DNA of 62,626 bases, filler included, from Dimorphilus gyrociliatus (lineage: Eukaryota; Animalia; Annelida), in the NCBI GenBank assembly GCA_904063045.1. It is 4 parts of 4 records of this genome, joined end to end, with 100 filler letters (N's around TTAATTAATTAA, not from the genome) between each part and the next. Parts side by side here need not be neighbours in the genome. Positions count along the whole stretch, not along the records: positions 1 to 27,385 come from CAJFCJ010000114.1; positions 27,486 to 54,213 come from CAJFCJ010000103.1; 2 more parts are not named here. The stretch is one strand, 5' to 3'. Below are positions 20,871-32,700 of the stretch, in pieces; position 1 is the first letter of the stretch, and each line of letters begins with the position of its first letter. The notes under the pieces were generated by a model. That model worked only from the letters and a program-made list of their open reading frames with translations, did not search any database and was not told the DNA's origin. A program made the translations under genes and the position numbers.

Positions 20871-21786
20871 TTTTGCAGATGAATGATACTTTGCAGATAG
20901 ACTGACTTTTACATCAAGAGGAAATAATAAATTATCTAGTATTTTTCTAACTACTTTAAACTGCAATTTAAGCTTGTCATACTTAATTATATTTTACTAT
21001 TAGTAATTTAGCAGACACTCAAACTCTTAACATTTCTAACTATTAAAAAATTATAGTTTTATGCTATAGAGAAAATTGGATTGTTATATATGTATTTAAA
21101 GTTGTTTAGGATGAATAAATATCATATTGATGTGTGCTTGGACAATATTATTCAAGTTGAACATAAATTCATAATCTGAATGTTTAAAATATGATAAATT
21201 TATAAATAAAACAAAATGTCAATCAGTTGGTGATTGGCAGATCTTGACCCTTATAAAATTCTTTGTTAACAGAATGATATCCATTTTATAATTTTATACC
21301 AATAGAATATGTATTGGGTAAATGAGTTCCAAGTGCAGTCTATGTTTAGAGAGAAGAGAGTCATGAACTTTGGAAGTGTATTCCCTTTCATACACTCACC
21401 AAAGCTTGCATTCATTTGGTCAAAGGTTTTCAAAGATAAGAGTTAACTATTTCATATTTCATATGTAACAAAACATTCTTTTGAACAAGAAAGACTATTA
21501 CATACATTATGTAACAAACCCTAACCCTTTGTGTAAACTATAACATGTTTAATGCGTATGTTTTCAATGCGGTATGTTTCTCTGCCAATTCTATTGTGGC
21601 TCCATCTATTTTTCTTACAGATTCTCTTAGATATAGAATAAAAGTCTTTCTAAATTTCCTTTATATCTAGTTTCTAAATATCAATATGTCACTACTTCTA
21701 GGTGTATATCTGTTTTGTGAAATATTTTCCAAGCTTCAATTTTCTCCATATATATATATATATAAATATTTATGGGTAGGACTAAG

Positions 21787-23862
21787 TTATGCAGTGTCTT
21801 GTGTAGAATAAGCATCTTCTGAGTATGGCTTCCTTCTATTTGAAATTGATTTGAATAACTGAAATACAAATTAAAAAATCACAGTTAAAAACTTTCATAG
21901 TTTTTGAACAATTCAATAATTTTCTTCTCTGTACCTTCCAAGCAAAAAATTCTAGAAATTCAATAAGTGTGATGACAGAAGCTCCCAAGAGAAGTCCCAT
22001 AAAACCACCAACTTCGGATAGGAGGGATAGAAAACCAAATTTTTCATGTTGAGTGATCTTTTGATAACTCATTTCATTGTAGAAAACATTAACTTTTGCA
22101 AAATTCTTTCTGTTGATATTTATTTGAAAATTTGAATTAAAAACAAAATGTAACAAAGAGAGAGAGAGAAATCTTACAGGAAAAATTCTTTATCTATCCT
22201 AGAAATTTTGGAAAATTCATACATAAAAGCTTGAAGATTATTGTAATCATATAAAATTTCATAAAATACTTTTTGAGAGATATTAGGAAATTTAAATGTG
22301 TAATTTAGCATCTGATGAGAGAAATAGTAGTAACAATCACTCCAAACATGTTCAAAAAATATGTGTAAATTTTCTGTTGAGCAATTATGATTAACATTAT
22401 ATTCATTTTTTTTCTGAGAATATAAAGATTGTAAATCTTTCATTTGTTTATATGAAATATTTTCATCATTCCTATCTTTTTTTGGCAAAGGCCATATAAT
22501 ATCTTTTTCAACTAAAAGTTCAATGTCAACTACAGCTGTGTATATTTGATATTTACTATTCCAGAATATTGTATAGTCAGACTTCAACTCATCACAGAAA
22601 CTCATTAAACTTCTTATATTGTGAAGTAAATCATCCAAAAAAAAAGTATTTGATAAATTAAGCTTTTTAGTTGATGAATTCTCTTCTAAATATGATTGGA
22701 ATGTTTGAGTTCTATTTAGAACATTTTCATAAATTATTCTAATTGGTTTAATCCTGTTGTGAAATTCTCTAAATACTGAATAATTGATTGAAATCAATGA
22801 TTTCATTTGATTGATTTTTAATAAAATATCATTAAATACCAAATCTCTTTTACTAAATAGGCAAAGGGATTGAAAATTGATATTATTAAAATTATCTTCA
22901 ATATTGAAAAGGGTTTTGATAAAAGTTTGAATTTTGGTACCAATAACAACATAACTGTCATTTTTATTTACAATATTGTCAGCTATTAATTTTGTCATAT
23001 CTTTCAAGTTAATATAGAATTGATTACAAGTTTCATTGAATTTTAATGCTGCTGAACTATTATTATTATTAATATCTATTTCAAATAATCTCTCTATTTC
23101 CTTTAGATGGAATATCTGTAAACTTCTTATTCCATTGAAATCTCCATATAGCATATTTGCCATTTCTGTTACAACAATCCAAAATTGATGGAAATTTTGA
23201 TCAGCTTTCTTGTAGACACTCAGGTGAAAATGTTCCATAAATTTAATGCAACCTGTTTCCATTTTATCCATTTCACATAAGTTTTTTAGACAAGTGTTAA
23301 GATTTTGAAGGATAACATTCTTCTTCCTTTCACTTGGTCCAAATAATTTTTCCATAAAACTGTATGGGGAGAGCTCATTAATTATTTTTACAATTTGAGC
23401 GATATTTGATGAATTTAGGGCATTTTTCATTCTAGAAAAGTTATATTCAACAGTATTAACATCATTATTAAGCGTTTGAATATAATTTTCAAAATTTGAA
23501 ATATTTTTATCAAAAGTTGAAAATAATTTGAAAATATTTTTAATATTTTGTAAAAGTAAAATAGTTTTTGTTGTAAAAGGAGAAATAAATTGTCTATTTA
23601 GATTGAAGTTTTTATTAATTTTCCTTTCTTTAACTTCTAATATCTCATGATAATCATTTGTCAACTTTTTCATTCTCTTTAAATTTGCATATAACATTTT
23701 ATCAGCAGCAAATTCTGATATTGCTGAAAATGATAGATTAGGTTCATAAATAATTTGGTCACATGGTACAGGACAGGAGCAATCCATCATAATGTTATCA
23801 TCAGTTTTTGCTTTCTCCAATGATTCTTTTACACATCCATAATTCTGTGACAAAGACCATAC
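21787..23862 (-). CDS. 3' half of the DEG/ENaC gene, copy 2
   Basis: Mirror of 16313-18388 with identical translated ORFs. Confidence 0.88.
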
Positions 23863-24602
23863 AGATTGCCACCCAACAAACAGCAGGAATGCAGGGATCA
23901 ATTAAATGGATTATTGGAAAATGGTCTAATTAGAGCAAGCAAAAGCCAATGGGCTTCACCCATTGTTTTTGTGAAAAAGAAAGAAGGAACATTAAGAATG
24001 TGTGTGGATTACAGAAAACTTAACAAGCAATCAAAAAAGAATTGTTATCCAATCCCACATCAGGAAGATTTATTTGATAAGCTTGGAGGAGGCCACAAAT
24101 ATTTCTCTATATTGGATTTAACAAGTGCATTTCATCATATTCCAATTAAAGAAGAAGATAAGGAGAAAACTGCTTTTATTACACCATTTGGTTTATTTGA
24201 ATTCAACCGCATGCCATTTGGTTTGGCTAATGCACCTTCACACTTCAGCTATATCATGGCAAATTTTGTTATTAATGGATTGGAAAACTTCTGCATTAAT
24301 TATATGGATGATATTATAGTTTTTACCAAAACATTGGAAGAACACTTTGTAGCTCTACAGAAACTTATGGAAAGAATCAAGGAAAAAGACTTCAGAATTA
24401 AACTGAGCAAATGTGCATTCTTACAAGAATCAGTTCAATTCCTTGGTCATAGAATTACACAGAATGGTATTGAAACTGATCCTGAAAAGATTCAGAAAAT
24501 AAAAGATGCCAAATTACCTATGTTTGCAAATACTCTGTTGAGTTTTGTGGCATTTTGTGGTTATTATAGAAGATTTGTTAAAGATTTTGCAAAAATCACA
24601 AA
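23863..24602 (+). pseudogene. pol: Duplicated RT fragment of element 2
   Basis: Identical to the start of the element 2 ORF except YMDDI versus YMDDV. It stops at the MULE terminus. Confidence 0.93.
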
Positions 24603-24608
24603 GAGTAT

Positions 24609-24730
24609 GGGAAAAAACGTCCTTGGGAAAAAACGTCCCTGGGAAAAAACGTCCCAGGGTGGGAAAAAACGTCCCAGTGTGGGAAAAAACGTCCCAAGGT
24701 TAGGAAAAAATGTCCCAAGGTTGGGAAAAA
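24609..24730 (+). repeat. MULE subterminal motif array (about 6-7 copies of GGGAAAAAACGTCCC)
   Basis: Read directly from the sequence, 16-22 nt spacing. Confidence 0.9.
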
Positions 24731-24927
24731 CAAGTAGTGGGAAAAGATATTTGAATTTTAAAAAAGATTGCTCTATTTTGGGAACCAATGGCAATATACT
24801 GAGAATATAATAATTAATAATGAATATATGTTTATTAAAATGTATTAAAAATGAAAAAAGCTAAGAATGTTATACAAAGTTTAAAAGTTACTAGAATAAA
24901 GTATAAAGTATGTTAAGACACTGAGAA

Positions 24928-26926
24928 TTATTTTGAATAGATTAATGCAATCTTCTGCAAGAGGACAGCAGATGTAATCATTCCCAATTTGTATTCATCC
25001 CAAACAGCAAATACTTGCTTCTGCTTCTGGATGACACTTTTCTTCTGATACTTCTTTAGCCTTTTTTCTGATAGAAGTTTCTCTACAACTGGAATAAGAC
25101 TTGATTCCTGTTTTAAAATATCTATGAGCATATAAAATGACCCTTTTGCAGGAGTCTTTTCATTTATTCTTCTGTGCCATCCTTCAACATCATTGTTGGT
25201 CCTGATGGCAAGACCAAATACAGACCAACAATTTGGTGTCCAAATTGAATGCTTAATCCAAGTACTTTCAATGTATTGGAAAAAATCCAAAAATTCATTT
25301 CTCTCAAAGGCCTCATCTTTTAGCATGTAGAAACTGTTTAGAATGGCTTCATCTGGAAGAAAAGGTAATGCCAAAACTTGTTTCAGCAGTCCTGCCTTCT
25401 TCTTTTCCATATTATATTGTTGTGTGTATCCCAAATTCTACAATAATTTAATAATAAGGCCAAGCACTGAATTTAAATATAAGCTTACTTGAATTTTTCT
25501 GTAGACAGCTTGTGTCCAATGGAAGACACAACCTTGAATAGGAATATTAGGGTAAACTGAGTTAAGAGCACTCCATATACCTAATTCAAAATCAACTACA
25601 AATTTGTCAGGTTGAAAACCATTTGTCAATTTTTGAATCTCCTTTTGATAAGATGAAGTTAATGAAACAGAATTAAGCAACCAAATCATACTTACTTTAA
25701 GAATCATTTTGTACACTTTTTTTTTCTTTGATGTTAAAAAAGCAAATGCTAATGGAATTTGTTTTGCTTCTCCATCATTTTTAATAAAAGAATGAACAGA
25801 AAAAAGCTGTACAAATGGATCCTTCACAGCCTTGAAAGTGCCATCTAAATACCATACTTTACTTTTACATAATAAAGACAACTGGTGCTTAGAAGCAAAT
25901 AGTAAAACTCTTTGATTTCTTACAACAATATCACTTTGAAGAAAATCATCTGGTATAAATGTTGTATTAAGTTCAAAATCAATTTCGTTTGGTTCTTTAG
26001 GCCTTGATTTTTGCCTATTGATATTGGCTAATCTCCTCAGATTTTCCAGTTTTGGTAGGTTATTTTCACTTTTATTTAAATTAATTAATAGATCTTCAGC
26101 AATTGCTCTTCCAGATGACTTGATGTCTGCATTAGAGATTGCTCTCAATTCTTTTCTAGCAGAAATATTCACAATAAGGCTTTTCCTTTTGTTATGATTG
26201 TGTTCATGTTTACTCTTTATGAAAATATTTCCTTTTTGTTGAATAATAACTGGACATTGAATATTCTTATTTCTAACAGAACATCTCCAGATGGTTCTCT
26301 TGTCACTTCTAGATTTTATATTAAAAGCATAGCCATTGTTGGTCAAAATATCTTTCCCTTTTTGACTTCCACCAATAATAATATGAAATTTGTCTGAGCT
26401 TTCCATATTCTCATTATTTTCAGTTTCATTTTCATGCAATAAATTTTCCTCCATATTAGAAGTATTGCTAACTTCTTTAAGACTACAATTGTCTTTAACC
26501 ATATTATTATGAGTACAACTCAGAGCAGCTTTTACAATAGGATCATCATTGATCACATCTGATAAACTAATGAGACAATATCTTTCACTCAAACTTTTGC
26601 ATGAAGAACACTTATCATCTTTCATTTCTGTAATATTAAGCAAAGTTAAATAAATGTATGTTTTACATAGTAAATATCACCTTTACAGATATGATGACAA
26701 AGTGAACATGTAGTTTCTTGAATCCTGAACTTTTCTGCACAATTATTGCAAAATACTCTTTCAGATTCTAAATTGAAAATGAAAAAAGTGAATAATTTAA
26801 TAAAAACATATAAAGAGACAGACCTTTGATGCATTTGGCATGGACATAATCTTGGCAGTCATTGCATTTCATCTTTCTCTGTCTGCCATAAAATCTTTTA
26901 TTACAATTAATACAAACAGGTGCCAT
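24928..26926 (-). CDS. Spliced PHD-like / FLYWCH / MULE DDE transposase, about 594 aa, apparently intact
   Basis: Exons 26926-26824, 26767-26681, 26627-25696, 25641-25489 and 25437-24928 join in frame with GT-AG introns. FLYWCH WRC..C..H.H; LDGTF, VVDFE, CVFH, RTNNDVEGWH. Confidence 0.85.
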
Positions 26927-27385
26927 TACTAAGTTTCTGCAAAAATAAATTCACTTTCAACTATCAAATATGGCTGCCTATACAAAAATTATAAATAATA
27001 ACTCACTGGAAAGAAGTGTTCTTAAACAATGTATAATCTTGTAATATTCAATAAACTAAATCAATACCAGAGTTTCAATGCTTAAAAAACAAATTAGCCT
27101 GAAAATATGCCAAGAAATGCAAAATTTATCTTTCACTTACAGACAAGACAAGGAAATAACTCATTTCTCTTTTAATAGCATTACATAATTCAGAGAAAAC
27201 TGGTAAAAACATCACAATACATATCCCTTTCTTCAAAAATATTAATATTTTATTCTATAAATGAAATAAACAGCAAAGAGAAAAACATTTCTGATTATAA
27301 GTATAAATAATTATGCCAAGTATATCTTTAGCCAGCATAGGCCAACAATTAGGACGTTTTTTCCCAACAATTAGGACGTTTTTTC

Positions 27386-27485
27386 NNNNNNNNNNNNNNN
27401 NNNNNNNNNNNNNNNNNNNNNNNNNNNNNTTAATTAATTAANNNNNNNNNNNNNNNNNNNNNNNNNNNNNNNNNNNNNNNNNNNN
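27386..27485. other. Assembly gap (N44-TTAATTAATTAA-N44)
   Basis: Identical 100-nt spacer at all three gaps. Confidence 0.98.
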
Positions 27486-27683
27486 CGTAGATTGTACTCT
27501 TATTCACTATGTTTTATAAAAATATATGTTGTTTAGTATGTAGTTTGTTTTCAGTTTTTGGAAATATGTACTACAACAAAATGCCAGTAAACTATCTTAT
27601 TCAAATACTTTACCTTCATCTTTCAAGTATAAACTGCACGACTTGTCTTTAGAACAGCATCTGTTACACCAATAACTGAATTG

Positions 27684-27890
27684 GGGGCCGACAGAAAACG
27701 TCCCCAAATGAGATTTTTGAAAACAACATTTCGGATTGAAAAATGTTTAGGAGGGGTAAAGTAGCTTTTGATTTATAGTTAGGGGGGTTCCATCTAAGGG
27801 TTAGGAGCAATCAAAAAGGTTAAGGAGAGACAAGGGCTAGGTTAGGGTTAGGGTTAAATCATGAATTTGGGGACGTTTTCTGTCGTATCC
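27684..27890. mobile_element. Mutator-type MITE, 207 bp, 9-bp TSD ACTGAATTG
   Basis: TIR CGACAGAAAACGTCCCCAAAT at both ends. ACTGAATTG at 27675-27683 and 27891-27899. Confidence 0.9.
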
Positions 27891-28209
27891 ACTGAATTGC
27901 TAACATCTAATTTAGAATACTGCGGTATTAGAGGCATTGGCAGAAAAAAATAATGAGATTAACACAGAAAATTCTGAATTTTCGATAAAATCTTTGTGTT
28001 CAAAACTTGAAAGAAATGAGAAAACATTTACAGTTATAAAGAATTATGACAAATGTAATTGGAAATTTTTAGGGTTAGGTTTAGGGTAAATAGTTTTCAT
28101 AATCAAACCATTGTCATCTTTCAGTCAGTGCTGCACAAAAATATCGTCCTATTTACAATTTTCCTGCTTTTTTTCCAATGATTCTTGTGATGAATAAAGC
28201 AAAGGCCGG

Positions 28210-28965
28210 AAATACCCGGACACCATAAATTTTGACACACCAAAGATTAAGAATCTTTTTCTTTATCAAAATCTCCCCGTTTTATCTGAGATTTCTTTTT
28301 CTTTATCAAAATAGATTTTTTTTCTATTTTTTAGCAATGAAATATTAGGTGAAACTTGGATCAACATATAAATCTCTATCAAATCATATTTTGAATTGTC
28401 TTAAGGCCTACGTCTACCTCCAATTCATTTAAAATCTTCCCTGCTATCACCCTTTCCTTGTCCCTAACCCTATCTTAAAATAATGCTTACTGTAGATGAT
28501 GCCATACCCAAAGCCCTTGCTGTTTCCCATACTTTTCCTAATTCTTTGTATTTCTGGATTATCAAATTCCTAACCTCTTTACCCCAGCCATAAAGAAATA
28601 AATTGTATAAAAATTATGTAATGTAGGTAAAATAGATAATAAGTAATCAACTTGACTTATAAAATTAACTTTGTTGAAAAAAATATCAGTTTAAGATATG
28701 TATTTAAATGCAAAACTGGGTGTAATCAAGATGTACAGCTAATTAGACTTACTGCCAAATAAAGAAAAAAACAATGAAAATTAATAAAACAATTTTCCTG
28801 ATAATATTCACAAACATGATAATTTTCCATAATTTTTTTCAGTATTATATAAATATAACTCTTGTTTCATGTAAATTTAGACAAAAAAGCCAATTTTAAA
28901 CAAAGATAATATTTTTGGGGTGCTTAAAAAATTGGCCTATCCAAATTTACTGTGTCCAGATGTTT
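28210..28965 (-). mobile_element. Degenerate Tc1/mariner relic (N-terminal HTH region)
   Basis: Translates as KEVRNLIIQKYKELGK..TARALGMASST and ERVIAGKILNELEVDV, homologous to ORF 39066-39371. Imperfect TIR-like ends. Confidence 0.65.
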
Positions 28966-29761
28966 TAGGCTTTTACTTTATATTGGACGAACTTGATAGG
29001 TTCTATTGATGTGAATACTTTGGTGAATTGGTAAATGATTGGAAAGGACGAATACTGCTGTGACGAACCAGAAATTCCTACAATTACTATACAAGAAATT
29101 ACATCAAATAACAATTATTTTAAAAATAAGGAAGTTGGTGATAGCCTTCTTTTTGGACAGAATGTACTTGGAAAGTAAAAGTATACTTCCTGAACATATT
29201 TGGACAAATTTCATCTTTAAAGAAATGTCATTATGATAATAAACCATCTGCAATGTGGACTAATTTAAAACACATCTTCAGCTTAACTGATAAACTGCAA
29301 AATAGTTATTGATTTTTCCAGTTCAATAGGTTTAACATGTCATGGATGAAAACTGACCTTGAAGTCTACTTTTAGGACAAAAGATTAACGAGGCATTACA
29401 ACACCTTAACCCTAACAACCCAGTGTTTTCATAGTGCTCTTTCCATTCCTCAGTCAAGCTGCGGTGTGGCCTGAAACAAATTAAAGCTTGACTTTTGCTT
29501 TGATGTACTCTGTGTTATTTTTTAGCTACTTGAAAAAGAGGAATTGATTTTATTAAAGTATCATTTTTAAAAATGTAAAAATAAATAATTACTGTTAAAT
29601 TGAAATGGCAAAGATTAATTTACTAATTGAACGATTGATTCTGTAAGTGAGCCAATGTCATTAAAGTTAATGAAACATTTAATAGACCAATTAGGTCAGC
29701 ATAATATCTTTAAATTATAATGTATATTTATTAATGGATAAACCATTTTAAAACTTGGATA

Positions 29762-32700
29762 ATGATATTCTTCAACAATTTCTTTATAGGTTTATTATTT
29801 TTTAAATTAAACCTATACAGAACAACAGGCTGGACTGCATTTATAAATAATTCAGTTGTATTAATGTTTAACAGTGAATCAAATAGAACAGATACACATT
29901 TTATTGGCCTTTTGTCAGTTTATAAAGATTATGAAAACATTGCTGTTCAATTCAGCTTATTGAAAATAGAAACTTGCAATGAATTGTGTAAAAATTTTGG
30001 ATTCGATTCTATACATTCAGTTTCCTTTCCCCAAAAGTTAAAAAGCTCAAACTTATCTTCTTCATACTACAAAATTGAAGAAGAAAAGAATAATTCTTTA
30101 AAATTGTTACTTAATTAATTATGGCAATTTAAAAAAAATACTAAAACAAGATCTAATTTCAGTAAACAAATATTCAATTCAACTGAATTTGGCTTTTATT
30201 TGAAATGTTTCAATAAAAATCAGACATGTTAAAATTATTTTAATATTTCATTTTTTTTTAAAAAATTCAAAAGAAACAAATATTTTTTTCACAGATTTGT
30301 TTGCTTTTCTAATAGAAGAAAATCTGTTTTATCTTCTTGTCAGATTTAATAATAATAATTATAGAATTTTAATTAGGAGCAGTTTGAGGAAACAAACTTG
30401 TGCATTAACAGAATTTCTATTATTTGATAATGAAAAAATTCAATATTCAACAACTAAAATGGTGGAAAAACATTCAATTTTTTTTAAATTTGTTAATTAT
30501 TCAACAGGCAATTTGAATGAAAAAGAAAATTCTTATTGTTTTTTCAATGAATTGAAAGGTTTACATTAAGAACCTCAATCTAATTTATTTTTATTCTTTC
30601 TTTTTATTTTTAGACTTAACATTTAAAAAATCTTCAAATGTTGATTATATTAATTTACTTGGTTATGCTTTTCAACATTCATTTAAAATTATACCAGATT
30701 TTTTTCTATTTTCAAAATCTTATGCATACCTTCCAATAATTCTTAACAATTCAAATGATTTTCAAATCAGTTTTATACCTTCAATAAAAATTTGTCCTCT
30801 ATTCAATTTAAAACCAGAGAATGTTCAAAATAGAAATTATATCTATAAAGGAAATTTTCAAGATATTCAAAAATTTCATAAAGTAATATCGCTAAATTTG
30901 GAAGAAAGAAAATTTTAATTTCTGAATTACATTTTTGTTTTCTTTAATTAGATTTTTCATTTAAATAACTGTAGTAATGAAGGAAATAGAAGAAATTTGT
31001 TTTATTGTTATCTATCTGTAAAAAATTTGAAAAATTTGAATGAAAATTTTACAATTCCAAAAATAAATTGCAAAAATTTTGAAGGTTACTTTTTTCATAA
31101 ATGAAAGAGAAAATCATTAATTTTATTTTCTTTTTCTTTAAGAAAAAAAATTAAGAAAGAAATTCGAAATGATATTTTTAACAATTAATAAAACTGATTA
31201 TAGAATTGAAGGTCTTCTATTGGGATATTATTCAACAGTAAACATTTTTTATCCTATTCAATATAACTATATTGACATTTATTATCAAAATTCTCTATGC
31301 AATACATTTGGTTTTGATAATCTTCATTCTGTTAGTTTGCCATCATTTGCCAAATTTAATAAACAATTGTACATCAACATGGAATTTATCAGAAATGAAT
31401 TAAATCTGTATTGATTTAGTATTCTTTACATATGAAAACTATACATATTTCAATATTATATTTTCAGGAAGATAATACGATTTACAAATGGAAAAATATT
31501 TAAACTAGTTTGTTTTTTAAAAGATATACCATGTAAAAAAATTGGTTTTTAAATATTTTTTAAATATTTGAAAATAAAATAAACTATCCATTCCAGATCT
31601 TTTTGCAGTAAATATTAATGTTGATAAATATAGAGTTTATTTAAGAAATAATACAAGAAATTTTAGAGTAAACTTTTCTAAGGATTCAAAAACAGCTATT
31701 TGCTCTTCAATTGCTTTTTTGTTATTAAAAGCTGAAAATCTTTCATTATCAAACTTAACATTAAATATTAAAAAACAAAAATTTAAAAGAGAATATTCAA
31801 TTAAATATTTTCAATTATCAGAATTCTATTTTAATATTTCAATATGTCTATATTTTGAATTGAAAGGTAGAAAAGAAATATTTGAAAATTTGAACATTTT
31901 ACAAAGAAATAAGAGATTTTTCTTATAGACATTAAAACAATTATTGTAGACAAGTCTTTGTCAGAAAATTTTTACCTTTTAAAATCCCGTTCATTTGGAT
32001 ATATACCATTAATTTTTGACAATAATTCATTTTTAAATTTAATGAATCCAGGTTTAATTATTTGTCATCATCTGCTACACAAATCGTCATCTGGTCCTTA
32101 CTTTCTATTAAAGAAAACATTAAAAAGGGAAGATTTAAAATCTTTTAGTAAAGTAATAAAAATATATTCTTTGTAAATTGCAACAAAAGAACTTTTAACA
32201 CTTGCATTTGTTAAAAAGAAACAGATTTTCTATCTAGAAGGTTGTGATAAAAAGATGCTAAAAGAGACAAATTTGAATTGTTATATCAAATCTATAAATA
32301 CTTTCACGGATATTAAAAACCTAATTTATCCGAAATTTAATTGTAGCTTCAGTAAATATTAATGAATTCACTAAAAAGAAACCATTTACTTTTTATCTAA
32401 TTGGGAAGCAAAAATTTTTTTTAGATAATGATTTATCAAGAATAAGACTAATCAATTCAAAATTAACATTCACACCATTAGATGTTCAATATTTGCCTTT
32501 TTTCCAAGGATCTTTCCAGATATTCTTTAAAAATCAATGGACAAATGTAGAAATTAATGATACTGAACCAAAGGTGATTTGTTCAATGTTTGGATTTGAC
32601 AATGGAAATTTAATGGAAACTAAACAGCATGAATTGAGTAGTAAAAAATCTATTAATCAATCCATTACATTGAAATGTTATAAAGGGTATAACTATTCTC

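Larger units (their letters stand above)
21646..24602 (-). repeat. Right arm of the inverted duplication
   Basis: Mirror of 15573-18529. Substitutions seen at 15862/24313 and 16315/23860. Confidence 0.97.
24603..27385 (-). mobile_element. Mutator-like DNA transposon (MULE), right end lost in a gap
   Basis: Arrays of GGGAAAAAACGTCC at the left end and inverted copies at 27351-27385, with a MULE transposase between them. Confidence 0.9.

Noticed and set aside
24609-24730. CRISPR-like array of short repeats with spacers
   Set aside because: Spacers are only 2-7 nt, the context is eukaryotic, there are no cas genes, and inverted copies lie at the other end of a MULE. These are subterminal transposase-binding repeats.
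24603-24810. RT fused to a novel basic C-terminal tail
   Set aside because: Read-through into MULE terminal repeats.
27430-27441. TTAATTAATTAA palindrome (also at 54258 and 61160)
   Set aside because: Artificial spacer centred in identical 100-nt N gaps.
27836-27856. Telomeric TTAGGG repeats
   Set aside because: Only about 3 units, inside a TSD-flanked MITE.
27600-27960. Missing upstream ENaC exons to the right of the MULE
   Set aside because: All frames have stops and no DEG/ENaC motif was found.
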